Notes: generated by a model not told the origin, from the letters alone. Shown: positions 35,922 through 45,831, numbered from the whole stretch's first letter. The stretch: 63,884 nucleotides of DNA, filler included, from a bacterium (GCA_040757115.1; 10 parts of 10 records of this genome joined end to end with filler, not necessarily neighbours in it); one strand, 5' to 3'. Translations and numbers: made by a program.

Positions 35922-38267
35922 TTATGTCACCTTTTTAATGACTATGGCTGAGTTTTTTCCACCAAATCCAAATGAGTTTGAAAAAGCGACATTAACTACC
36001 TTTTCTCGTCCTTTATTTGGCACATAATCCAGGTCACAAGTTGGGTCAGGGGTTTCATAGTTGATTGTTGGTGGAATAAAACTTTTATCAATAGCTAAGG
36101 CACAGACGATTAATTCTACTGCACCGGTAGCACCAATAGAGTGCCCAAGCATAGATTTCGTTGAACTGATTGGAATATGATAGGCATAATCACCAAAAGC
36201 CTGTTTGATGACTAATGTTTCCGTGCGGTCACCCAGTGGTGTAGAGCTACCATGGGGATTGATATAATTTACCTCTTGCGGGGATATATTGGCTGATTGT
36301 AGGGCTAATTTAAAAGCACGAGCCGCCTCTTTACCATCAGGTGCCGGGGCACACATATGATAGGCATCATTTGTTGTGGCAAAACTAACAATTTCGGCAT
36401 AGATATGAGCCCCGCGAGTTTTGGCATGTTCAATCTCTTCTAAAATAACCACGCCTGCTCCTTCACCTATGACAAATCCATCCCGATTGGCATCAAAAGG
36501 TCTTGATGCTTTTTGTGGCTCATCATTTCTAAGTGATAAGGCATTCATGGCATAAAATGAGGTTATGACCACCGGTCGTATAGGTGCCTCTGCACCACCA
36601 GCCACTACAACATCCACCTCTCCATTACGAATAGCATTAAATCCATAACCAATGGCATCTGTGCCTGCTGGACAACCGCTGGCAATAGTTAGACTTGCAC
36701 CTTTTAACCCGAGTTCTAAGGAAACCATAGAAGAAAGTGCCCCGGAGAAGGCAATTATAGATAAAAACGGACTTATCTTCTCGGGTCCTTCTTGAATGAA
36801 ACTTATTATCTGTTCTTCAGCAAAGGCTAATCCACCCACACCTGCACCGATAATGACATCAATTCGCTCTTTATCTTCTTTAGTTAAATCTATTTGGGCA
36901 TCTTCGAGGGCAAGTTTAGCCGCACCAACAGCAAATTGTGTTTCACGGTCAGTCCGCTTTAAACTCTTTTTATCCATATATTTTGCAGGGTCAAAATCCT
37001 TTATCTCAGCGGCTATCTTTACCGGTACTGATGAAGCATCAAATAAGGTTATACGACTTATCCCCGGAGTTCCTTGACAAAGGGCAGTCCAGAAATCTTT
37101 CTTTCCAAAACCAATAGGTGTAATCACGCCAATGCCTGTAATAACACATCTGCGCGGAATTCTTATTGCCTCCTTCTCGACTATGGAAAAAGGAATGATT
37201 TTCTCACCACCCCTACTTTTTGCCGTATAAAGTGCCTGTTTTACCTTATCTATTAATTCCTTTGAGTTAGAAATTTTATCCCCAAAAGTCGCAATTCCAC
37301 AACTAATTGTCAAAAGAATATTTAATCCCTCTTTCTGGCAAAAGTGGTGATTATTAATTTCTGTCTGAATCCGTTGGGCTAATATCTTAGCGTTATCTTC
37401 TTTTGTCTCGGTTAAAATAAGGATAAACTCATCCTCCTCAGCCCTGATTAACACATCTTCTTTTCGAGTATAACTTAACAAAATCTCTGCTGTCTCCTTT
37501 AGAATAGAATCACCTGCGGCGTAGCCATATAGGTCATTGAGTCTTCTAAAGTTATCAATATTAAATATAATCACGGATAGAGGTCTATTCTTCCGGGTTG
37601 CCAGACTTATCTCCTCATCTAATCTTTCATTCAAATAAATGCGATTATGTAAACCAGTTAATTCATCCACATGGATTAACTTTTCCTTTTCTTTCAACAA
37701 ATTGGTTATACTTTCTGCCTTTTCAGTAAGGAGATAATGTTCAATAACGGATTCTTTTAATGGTTCAATTAACATCCGTATCATTCTACCAAAGGTATTA
37801 AATTCAGTTTGTGAAATTTTTTTAATCTTTTTAAGGGCATCTATTGCCTTTTGTGGATTGATGTTTAACTCCTGGAGGTAATTGATATATTTGGCTTCAT
37901 CTATATCATCAGACAGGATTCTGCCACCAACAATTGCGGCAACAGGTTTTTGATAGATGATAATTGGGAGGGCAAAATTAGTTAAGCCAGTATGACATTT
38001 AAAGATAGTCCATCCCTCTCTTAATGCCCCTTCCCAGAAACAGCCTTCAAGGTAAGAAAAGATACATTTCTGATAGCCGGGTTTTGAATCTAAGATAACC
38101 TGGCAAAAAGGGGAAGTATATTGTCTTTCAAGGGTATTTTTACCATCTACACCGATAATCTGAATTCCCGAGCCAATGGTTTTCTCACAAATATCTTGCA
38201 CCTTTTCCCATTGATTAAACAGGTTTAATAATTTCCATAAATTGGTTTGTAAATCTTCTTGTTCCAT
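35922..38267 (-). CDS. Fusion: PocR-type ligand-binding domain + degenerate GGDEF domain + FabF/KS-alpha-like beta-ketoacyl-ACP synthase
   Basis: N-terminal PocR-like FCQVI..C..FKCHTGLTNFALPI; DELTGLHNR...RKEDVLIRAEEDEF; then RRCVITGIGVITPIG, ASGCPAGTDAIG, RDGFVIGEGAG, HGSST, KSMLGHS and SNSFGFGGKN. Confidence 0.9.
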   Translation of the reverse strand: MEQEDLQTNLWKLLNLFNQWEKVQDICEKTIGSGIQIIGVDGKNTLERQYTSPFCQVILDSKPGYQKCIFSYLEGCFWEGALREGWTIFKCHTGLTNFALPIIIYQKPVAAIVGGRILSDDIDEAKYINYLQELNINPQKAIDALKKIKKISQTEFNTFGRMIRMLIEPLKESVIEHYLLTEKAESITNLLKEKEKLIHVDELTGLHNRIYLNERLDEEISLATRKNRPLSVIIFNIDNFRRLNDLYGYAAGDSILKETAEILLSYTRKEDVLIRAEEDEFILILTETKEDNAKILAQRIQTEINNHHFCQKEGLNILLTISCGIATFGDKISNSKELIDKVKQALYTAKSRGGEKIIPFSIVEKEAIRIPRRCVITGIGVITPIGFGKKDFWTALCQGTPGISRITLFDASSVPVKIAAEIKDFDPAKYMDKKSLKRTDRETQFAVGAAKLALEDAQIDLTKEDKERIDVIIGAGVGGLAFAEEQIISFIQEGPEKISPFLSIIAFSGALSSMVSLELGLKGASLTIASGCPAGTDAIGYGFNAIRNGEVDVVVAGGAEAPIRPVVITSFYAMNALSLRNDEPQKASRPFDANRDGFVIGEGAGVVILEEIEHAKTRGAHIYAEIVSFATTNDAYHMCAPAPDGKEAARAFKLALQSANISPQEVNYINPHGSSTPLGDRTETLVIKQAFGDYAYHIPISSTKSMLGHSIGATGAVELIVCALAIDKSFIPPTINYETPDPTCDLDYVPNKGREKVVNVAFSNSFGFGGKNSAIVIKKVT

Positions 38268-38331
38268 TTTTAGCTACACTTCCCTTGTAAGTATTCAGCC
38301 CCCAAGGCACTAAAGTCTGCTCCCTTATTCA

Positions 38332-38982
38332 TTAAACCTTTTTATCTGATAGCCTTCTAATCTCAGTTAGAAATGATTTTACTACATCCGGAGCATTAGC
38401 CCTTAGACTCTGGTCAAGAATATCAAGTTTATAAACCCCATCTATATAGGTTTTAGTTATTGCCTCAACCCTATCCTGAATCAAGTCAAATTTACCCTTA
38501 ATAATATCGCTACACTTAAACATAGATTCTTTGTCGTATTTAAGGACAGTTGCCAGGTCAAATATATCTCTTACTTTAAGGCTTTCGGGTCTGTAAAACA
38601 TCTTTTTAAGCACAATCTCAACAGGAACATCTATTCTTACTGCAATTCCATCAATATCCATTGCTAAAGGCTTAATACCTGTTAGATTGGGAGCGACTAT
38701 AAAGTCTATTTCACTCTCTTTGAACTTTAACTTAAGGTAATTAGACTGTTCATCATAATCAGAGACATATTTTTCCACTTTATCGTTAAGTCTTGGTGTC
38801 AAAAGGGTAATAAACTGGGCGTTGTTAAAAAAGATATCAATATCTCTGCTTAACCTATGTTTGTAATGAAGCATTAAAGCCGTTCCCCCGCCCAATGTCC
38901 ACTCAGAAATGCTTGCAGATTGAAGAAAAAACTCTGCAAGTTTTAATATCTCCTTCCAGTCTTTTGGTTCTTCAATCAACAT
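38332..38982 (-). CDS. AbiEii/AbiGii-family nucleotidyltransferase (type IV TA toxin-like)
   Basis: WTLGGGTALMLHYKHRLSRDIDIF and KK..YR...LKVRDIFD. Likely start MLIEEP at 38982. Confidence 0.85.
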   Translation of the reverse strand: MLIEEPKDWKEILKLAEFFLQSASISEWTLGGGTALMLHYKHRLSRDIDIFFNNAQFITLLTPRLNDKVEKYVSDYDEQSNYLKLKFKESEIDFIVAPNLTGIKPLAMDIDGIAVRIDVPVEIVLKKMFYRPESLKVRDIFDLATVLKYDKESMFKCSDIIKGKFDLIQDRVEAITKTYIDGVYKLDILDQSLRANAPDVVKSFLTEIRRLSDKKV

Positions 38983-39271
38983 TAAATATTTCCTCAAGAT
39001 TCCTATTAGTATATAGCGGTTGGATGTATTTAAAATAATAAGACTTAAGTATTTCCATAGAAATTCCATTCTGGTTACAGAATCTACAGACTACCGAAGG
39101 AGATACTTCAGTAAAAAAACTGTAGATGTGCTGGTCATATTTAGTCGGGAATTCACACTTTTTCAGTAGTTCAACCAGAGTTGATTCTCTAAGAGAATAT
39201 TTCATCGGTGCATTTATGGTTGTAAAAACACTCACCATCTTTTCCATCCTTGAATGGTTATCTGGCTTCAA
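38972..39271 (-). CDS. Small hypothetical protein, putative antitoxin partner
   Basis: Overlaps both neighbours (by 11 and 14 nt); TTINAP motif and FFTEVSP. Confidence 0.65.
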   Translation of the reverse strand: MKPDNHSRMEKMVSVFTTINAPMKYSLRESTLVELLKKCEFPTKYDQHIYSFFTEVSPSVVCRFCNQNGISMEILKSYYFKYIQPLYTNRNLEEIFNVD

Positions 39272-39698
39272 CCCTATTTTTAATTGCCTTCAGTGTCTCA
39301 TCCGCCATCTTATAAACAATTTTAGCCACGATGAATTTACCAATAATAGGTCCGATTAGAGGTATTTTTTTATACTCAAAATTATGGATTAAGGTAATTT
39401 TAGTGGTGTTACCTACTTCTTCAAATAACCATTCTATCTTCATTCCGCGAATAGGACCTGCAAGTTGTTCAGCGGTGATAGATTTATTTTTCTCTAATTT
39501 AACTAAAGACCGCCAGGTGATTTCTTTACCGCCAGCCATACCCAACCGCTCTATTATCATATTATCGGCATTTTTCTCAATAATCTTTACCTTTTTGTAG
39601 GTCGGGATAAATTCTGGGTAGCGTTCAAAATCCGTAGCTATTTCAAAAACTTTATCAATATTTTTATTGATAATGATGGTATTTTTTGTCTGAATCAT
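39258..39698 (-). CDS. SRPBCC/START-fold polyketide cyclase/aromatase-like protein
   Basis: VFEIATDFERYPEFIPTYKKV and GPIRGMKIEWLF; AGGAG RBS before the ATG at 39698. Confidence 0.85.
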   Translation of the reverse strand: MIQTKNTIIINKNIDKVFEIATDFERYPEFIPTYKKVKIIEKNADNMIIERLGMAGGKEITWRSLVKLEKNKSITAEQLAGPIRGMKIEWLFEEVGNTTKITLIHNFEYKKIPLIGPIIGKFIVAKIVYKMADETLKAIKNRVEAR

Positions 39699-39999
39699 AA
39701 AAATCTCACTCCTATTGAACTGCAATAACGATGTGTCGTTTATCAGGAATAGATATAGATACTTCTTTCTCCTGAAAATAGCGAATTAGTGAATTAGAGA
39801 TTAGCGAATTAGTATAGTATCCACAGACTCGTATCCTCTGGTTTAGAACACATATTCCCCCTTAATAAAGGGGGTTAGGGGGTTGTCCTTCTCCCATNNN
39901 NNNNNNNNNNNNNNNNNNNNNNNNNNNNNNNNNNNNNNNNNTTAATTAATTAANNNNNNNNNNNNNNNNNNNNNNNNNNNNNNNNNNNNNNNNNNNNAA

Positions 40000-40131
40000 A
40001 GAATAACTAAAAACTCAATTCTCAGAGCTTATATTGATGTTTTAAGCAGTGTCGAGATAGATAAGTCAGAAATACGAGATGAGGCAGAATTGTTACGCAG
40101 GTTAAAAAGCAAATTGCAAGTGGTGACTTAA
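40000..40131 (+). CDS. 3' end of a hypothetical protein (5'-truncated by gap)
   Basis: Open frame RITKNSILRAYIDVLSSVEIDKSEIRDEAELLRRLKSKLQVVT*. Confidence 0.5.
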   Translation, partial: RITKNSILRAYIDVLSSVEIDKSEIRDEAELLRRLKSKLQVVT

Positions 40132-40147
40132 AAGATAAAGATTTAGA

Positions 40148-40364
40148 GTAACCGTTCAGGTGGTAATTTACCGCAGAGACGCAGAGGAACAGAGAAGATA
40201 TGGAAATAAATCAGATAACAGAAAAGATTATTGGTGCAGCCATTGAAATACATAGGACCTGCTTGCCGAATGTTCAGCAGGCAAGCCAGATTTGTTAATC
40301 CATCCTCGTCCATAAATTTTAATTTTCTTCTCTGCGTCTCTGTGTCTCTGCGGTGAACGGTTAC
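40148..40364. mobile_element. IS66-like-ended MITE with GCAGAGAC arms and a GxxExxY remnant
   Basis: GTAACCGTTCA ... TGAACGGTTAC; internal ATGGAAATAAATCAG... reads MEINQITEKIIGAAIEIHRT. No clear TSD. Confidence 0.8.
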
Positions 40365-40394
40365 GATATTTTTAAAAAATTCTCGGTCAGCCTC

Positions 40395-40423
40395 TTGACA
40401 AAATTAGAATTTTATGGTAAAGT
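40395..40423 (+). promoter_or_regulatory. Putative sigma70 promoter for the fapA-rpsP operon
   Basis: TTGACA-17 bp-(TG)GTAAAGT, with an extended -10. Confidence 0.6.
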
Positions 40424-40650
40424 TAATAAATACTTAATTAAAAAAATGTAATTATTTACCCATGTGAAGTAAAACAGTAGGTTCAAGGAACAAGGGAGTT
40501 TATTTTTTTACCTTACTCCTTCAACCTAACAACCATTGCCAATAGTGACAAAAACTCAAGTAGCCTTTAGCTACTTTTAGATATTGTCCGTAAAAGGGGG
40601 GCTGTGTTAAAAAACTACCCAAAAAAAGTTAGAGAATAAGGGATAAAAGA

Positions 40651-42120
40651 ATGGACCAATCCCAAACAGCAGTTAAAAAAAAGAAAAAAGAGGATTTAGA
40701 AATAGAAATAAGCCCGGATGGGATGAAGGCAACTTTACAAGTTAATTCCTTTGGTGAAAACGGGGCTTTATTAGATATGAATGTGATTATGCATAAATTG
40801 TGGAATAACGGCGTAGTTTATGGGATAAAGGGTGAAGTTGTCTCACAAATCATCAAAGAGAAAATAATCGGTGAACCCATTCTAATTGCAGAAGGCACAC
40901 CACCAATAGAAGGCAAAGATGCAGTAATTGAACATAGATTTACAAAGAGTTTAAAGCCAAGATTGTTAACCGATCTGGCTGACCGAGTAGATTATCGGGA
41001 TTTAGGACTAATAGAAAATGTAAGAAAAGGGGAAATTTTAGCCACTAAACATCCCTCGATAAAAGGAACTCCAGGAAAAACAGTTACGGGTAAAGATGTC
41101 CCGGCACACGATGGAAGTGATATGCCATTACCCGCTGGACAAAATACCGAAATTAGAGATAATGGTTATACCCTTATTTCTACCGCTAAAGGTTATGTGG
41201 TCTGGAAAGATGCAAAGATAGGTGTAGAAACAATATACCGACTTAAAGGTGATGTGAATATGAATGTGGGAAATATTCACTTCATCGGGACGGTAGAGAT
41301 TGATGGTGATGTCCGCGAGGGATTTAGAGTTATATCAGAAGAAAATGTGATTATTAATGGTGGAGTAGATAATGCCACTATCCGTGCAGAGAAAGATATT
41401 GAAGTTAAATATGGAATTCGTGGCAAAAGAAGTTATATCTATTCAAAAGGCAATCTGACTTGTAAGTTCATTGAAAATGCGACAGTAGAAGTAAAAGGAG
41501 ATGTTACTGTCACAGATTCTATTATCCATAGTCATGTGGATGCGGGCGGAAATGTTATCGTTCTCGAAGGGAAAAAAGGAACTATTATCGGAGGTAGAAT
41601 CCGTGCTGGCAAAGAAGTAAATGCTAAAAATATTGGCTCGATTTCAGAACCCCTGACAGAAATCGAAGTGGGAATAGACCCAGCTCTAAGACAAGAAATG
41701 ACCGCCTTAGAAGAAATGATAAAAATTGAACAGGACCAATTGAAAGAAACAAGATTGAAATATAATATATTAGCGGCTCAAGGAAGAAAAGAAGAAGCGG
41801 TTAGTTGTCTGAAAGAATGTAAAGAAGTTGAAGAAAGCCTGAAAAAGGGTATTGAGGCATTAAATCAGATTAAGAAACATATTGCGGATAACCCGGGGGG
41901 AAAAGTAGCGGTAATTGAGCGAATAAATCCAAATGTGAAACTTGTTATTCGGACAAAAGCACTTTTATTAAAAACAGATTATAAAAAGGTTTCCTTTGTA
42001 GAAAAATTTGGCGAAATAGAACAGCAAGATTATGAAGAACCAGTAAGTAGAGCCAAGATAACTGAAGGGAAAAAACCTGAATCATGGGAAAGAGAAATAG
42101 GGAGAATACCCTCATCATAA
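40651..42120 (+). CDS. FapA/DUF342 family protein
   Basis: IAEGTPPIEGKDA, VDYRDLGLIENVRKGEILA, GDVNMNVGNIHFIGTVEIDGDV and GTIIGGRIRAG. Confidence 0.9.
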   Translation: MDQSQTAVKKKKKEDLEIEISPDGMKATLQVNSFGENGALLDMNVIMHKLWNNGVVYGIKGEVVSQIIKEKIIGEPILIAEGTPPIEGKDAVIEHRFTKSLKPRLLTDLADRVDYRDLGLIENVRKGEILATKHPSIKGTPGKTVTGKDVPAHDGSDMPLPAGQNTEIRDNGYTLISTAKGYVVWKDAKIGVETIYRLKGDVNMNVGNIHFIGTVEIDGDVREGFRVISEENVIINGGVDNATIRAEKDIEVKYGIRGKRSYIYSKGNLTCKFIENATVEVKGDVTVTDSIIHSHVDAGGNVIVLEGKKGTIIGGRIRAGKEVNAKNIGSISEPLTEIEVGIDPALRQEMTALEEMIKIEQDQLKETRLKYNILAAQGRKEEAVSCLKECKEVEESLKKGIEALNQIKKHIADNPGGKVAVIERINPNVKLVIRTKALLLKTDYKKVSFVEKFGEIEQQDYEEPVSRAKITEGKKPESWEREIGRIPSS

Positions 42121-42139
42121 AAGGAAAGGTGGTGATTAA

Positions 42140-42430
42140 GTGCCGGTAAGAATAAGATTAACCAGAACTGGTGCAAAAAAGGCTCCAGCATATAGAATTG
42201 TAGTGTGTGACTCAAGATGCCCTCGAGATGGTGAATCACTCGAAATCATTGGACACTATCATCCAATACTCAAGGATAAACCATTAGTCGTCAATGAAGA
42301 ACGGGCATTAGATTGGTTAAGCAAAGGTGCTCAACCAAGTCTAACTGTGCAAAGACTATTTAAGCAAATGGGTGTGATGTGCAAATTTCATGAGACAAAA
42401 ACTAAATCTAAAAAGAAATTGGAGGGATGA
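42140..42430 (+). CDS. rpsP: 30S ribosomal protein S16
   Basis: VRIRLTRTGAKKAPAYRIVVCDSRCPRDG and WLSKGAQPS. Confidence 0.97.
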   Translation: MPVRIRLTRTGAKKAPAYRIVVCDSRCPRDGESLEIIGHYHPILKDKPLVVNEERALDWLSKGAQPSLTVQRLFKQMGVMCKFHETKTKSKKKLEG

Positions 42431-42666
42431 ATAAAATGAAAGAGCTAGTCGAGTATATCGTTAAATCATTAGTGGATAAACCAGAAGAGGTTAAGGTTAA
42501 CGAAGTAAAAAGCGAAAAAACAATTATTTTGGAGCTGAAAGTAGCTCAGCAGGACATTGGTAAGGTCATTGGGAAACAAGGAAGAATCATTAAAGCCATC
42601 CGAATAGTAATTAATGCGGCCGCGGCTAAGACTATGACAAGGGCAGTGTTAGAGATTCTGGAATAA
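42427..42666 (+). CDS. khpA: KH-domain RNA-binding protein KhpA
   Basis: [16 protein letters not shown] and [11 protein letters not shown]. Confidence 0.93.
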   Translation: MNKMKELVEYIVKSLVDKPEEVKVNEVKSEKTIILELKVAQQDIGKVIGKQGRIIKAIRIVINAAAAKTMTRAVLEILE

Positions 42667-42682
42667 GGTAGAAAGGTTCAAA

Positions 42683-43405
42683 TTGAAAATTGATATTCTG
42701 ACACTATTCCCGGAGTTTTTTGATAGTCCATTAAAAACAAGTATCATCCAGCGAGCACAAACTCAAGGGTTAGTAAAAATTGATTTACATAACCCGAGAG
42801 ATTTTGTTGATGATAAACACCTAACTGTAGATGATACCCCTTATGGAGGCGGACCGGGAATGGTCATTAAAGCAGAACCAGTCTTTAAAACAGTTGAGTC
42901 ATTAGCACCAGGGTTAGTTGTTCTTCTTACACCACAGGGGAAGGTATTTAATCAGGAAATAGCAAAAACTCTGTCTGCAGAAAACCATTTAATATTCATC
43001 TGTGGACATTATGAAGGTGTAGATGAGAGAATAGTTGAGAAGATAGTTGATTTAGAGATATCGATTGGAGATTACATTCTGACCGGGGGTGAGATACCTT
43101 GTTTGGTGATAATTGATGCTATCATCAGACTTATTCCAGGTGTTCTGGGAAATCTTGAGTCTTTAAACTCGGATTCCTTTGCTTGCCAACTTTTAGCTCA
43201 CCCCCAGTACACTCGCCCACAAAACTTTAGGGGATTGAAAGTCCCTGAAGTGTTACTTTCGGGTAATCATGAAAAAATCAGGCTCTGGCGAAAAAAACAG
43301 GCTTTATTAAAAACATTAACTAAAAGACCTGACCTTTTAGAAAAAGCAATATTATCAGTAGAGGATAAAAAGTTACTACAACAGATACAAGGAAGTAGAG
43401 GGTAG
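42683..43405 (+). CDS. trmD: tRNA (guanine37-N1)-methyltransferase
   Basis: [33 protein letters not shown] and YTRP. Confidence 0.97.
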   Translation: MKIDILTLFPEFFDSPLKTSIIQRAQTQGLVKIDLHNPRDFVDDKHLTVDDTPYGGGPGMVIKAEPVFKTVESLAPGLVVLLTPQGKVFNQEIAKTLSAENHLIFICGHYEGVDERIVEKIVDLEISIGDYILTGGEIPCLVIIDAIIRLIPGVLGNLESLNSDSFACQLLAHPQYTRPQNFRGLKVPEVLLSGNHEKIRLWRKKQALLKTLTKRPDLLEKAILSVEDKKLLQQIQGSRG

Positions 43406-43478
43406 AGAGAAGAGAGTAGAGAGAATAAAAAGTCAAACAAAAAATCTCTCTACTCTCTACTTGCTACTCTCTACTTCC
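43391..43478. repeat. Empty inverted heptamer-arm hairpin (GTAGAGA / TCTCTAC)
   Basis: GGAAGTAGAGGGTAGAGAGAAGAGAGTAGAGAGA ... TCTCTCTACTCTCTACTTGCTACTCTCTACTTCC, overlapping the trmD stop. Confidence 0.75.
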
Positions 43479-43503
43479 AAAAGAAAGGAGATTAAAATTA
43501 AAA

Positions 43504-43860
43504 ATGAGTACTAAAGAAATGTTAATTACAGAAGATGCTTTACCAGAATTAAAGAAAAAAATACCCCGTTTTAACCCGGGAGATACAGTCAAGGTAAGTA
43601 TCAAAATCGTCGAGGGAGAAAAACACCGCGTTCAGAACTTTGAAGGGACTGTTATTAGAGAACGAGGAAAAGGTATTGGGAAAAACTTTACCATTAGACG
43701 CATTTCTTATGGCATAGGCGTAGAGAAAACTTTTCCAGTCTATTCCCCTTCTATCCAAAAAATTACAATTACAAAACAAGGGATTGTCCGCAGGGCTAAA
43801 CTGTATTATTTAAGAGATAGAAAAGGAAAAACAGCAAAGATAAAAGAGAAAAGAGATTAG
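43504..43860 (+). CDS. rplS: 50S ribosomal protein L19
   Basis: [35 protein letters not shown] and [10 protein letters not shown]. Confidence 0.97.
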   Translation: MSTKEMLITEDALPELKKKIPRFNPGDTVKVSIKIVEGEKHRVQNFEGTVIRERGKGIGKNFTIRRISYGIGVEKTFPVYSPSIQKITITKQGIVRRAKLYYLRDRKGKTAKIKEKRD

Positions 43861-44106
43861 TGAACTCTGCATCCTAAATCATCAACCACCTAACCCGACT
43901 TCTATACCGGCTTCTTAACCAAAATCTTTAGACCTGTGAAATAGGTCGACCTGGGTGAAGGAAAACTATTGAGTTATTACAAAACTATTTAAAATACAAT
44001 AAGTTTTGTAATCTGGAGTTTCGTGAATTTTCTATGATTCTTTTCTCCTTTAATCTTTACGTTCTTTGCGGTCGATTTCTTTGCGTTCTTTGCGGTTAAA
44101 AAAAGG

Positions 44107-44232
44107 GTAAGCGTTCAGGTGGTGTAACAAAAGGAGATGTGGAGATTAAGGAGATAGGGAGATATTATTAAAAAAATTGAAATTAATAGAAACTAATAGA
44201 AATTTATGGAAATTTGTTGTTTTCCACAATCA
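44107..44232 (+). mobile_element. High-copy IS66-like-ended MITE, left part (cut by gap)
   Basis: GTAAGCGTTCAGGTGGTGTAACAAAAGG..., near-identical to 63690-63804 and overlapping in reverse with 52593-52755. Confidence 0.85.
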
Positions 44233-44332
44233 NNNNNNNNNNNNNNNNNNNNNNNNNNNNNNNNNNNNNNNNNNNNTTAATTAATTAANNNNNNNNNNNN
44301 NNNNNNNNNNNNNNNNNNNNNNNNNNNNNNNN

Positions 44333-45831
44333 CCCGCTTTCATCGGTGTAACATACCGGCACCTCTATGACCTTACCTGGTATTAAATCAGTTACGGTAG
44401 TAAAGGAAGATGTGTAATCTACCTCTAATGGATTACCAGCCAAATCCTTTACCCCAGTTCGCCACTTTTGACTAAAATAGTATAATTAGTGCCAATATTT
44501 AGTGGTTGTGTTGGTGTAAAAAATGCACTTCTGATGTCCGGGTTATAGCTTACAGAACCAACAACAGCACCATTATTAAGCAGAATTGTATCTTCATTAA
44601 TTGTCTCTGTCCCCATCTCCTCTGAGAAGGTAATGCGGATGCGATTACCAAGATAAACCTTGGTTTGGCCATTAGCCGGTTTAGTGTTGGCTACCTGTGG
44701 TGGTGTGTGGTCAATGATGGCAGAAAAACCATCATCAACGGTATAAGAACTTCCTATCATAAAACTCTCACCTTTTCCTATATTACCTGCTCTATCATAT
44801 ACTTTGGCATAGACATGCCAGAGTGGATAATTAGAAATACCATTTGTATCCCATTGGCAGGAATATTCTTGTGATACACCATCATCATTTTTATCCTCAT
44901 CCTTTTTATCAATCAAATTATTCAAAATCAACTCATTATAATAAAACTCTACCTTATCAATTCCAGAGCCTTTATCTCCATCCTTCACCTTTGCTTTAAT
45001 TGTTACTTCCCCAGTTAATTTACCATACTCATCAATCTTTTTACCCCCTTTCCATAATTCAGTAGAGAGTATTTGAGGGGCTTCCGTCTTTGCTTTTACC
45101 ATCTTTTTCATCAAATTAACCGGGGTAAAGGTAGGTATTTTAGGAACTATTATAGGAATTCCATTTGGTAGCCTAAATAATATTGGTGGGAAGCAATCTA
45201 ATTCGTCTTTAGCAGAGAAAAAGCCGCCCAGACTTGCCTGCTCATAAATATACTCTATGAATCCATCAGAACGAAATGTGCCTTTCTCTGGTTTATCACT
45301 CGGATTCTTAATACTTCTCGGTGTTTCAGTTTTCTTCCAGCCACCAACAGAATATTTTGGATTAAGTTGTTTCTGCTGGTAGGCGTAGGAAAGAATATCT
45401 CTTCGATCATCAGCACTTAGATTCCCTGATTTATTATATGCACCCCAGGGCTCCTTTCCAGCAAGAGCAAAATAAAGAGTTACAACATCACACACTTGAA
45501 TTTCAGGTGGAAGTTCATCTTTATATCCATTTACTTGAATAACAGAATGTAAATTATCAGAGTCTTGAATGTTGATTTCAGAAATCCCTCCTCCTTGGGA
45601 AAGAGGAATGACCTTAAAGTCCTCCCCTTCTTTAGGTTGTGAATCACTGAGGAAGTAAAATCCTCCATGCCCTAACCAATTCAGGAAAGGTTCACCAAGG
45701 TCCCTAAAGATAACATCACCCATCTCGGCATTTATCCAGGATATTGTTCTTTCTTGACTATAAACAAATTCCTTTGGATACAACCATGTTAATGAAATGA
45801 TTGTTAGTCCTAACAATACTTTTTTATACAT
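44333..45831 (-). CDS. Secreted protein: permuted NlpC/P60-like domain + Ig-like + Big_5-like domain; frameshifted at the G4 tract 44452-44455 and running into the gap
   Basis: Signal peptide; GDVIFR...GHGGFY...FRSDGFIEYIYE; DHTPPQV..TKPANG...ITFSEEM. Adding one G restores GVKDLAGNPLEVDYTSSFTT. Confidence 0.7.
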
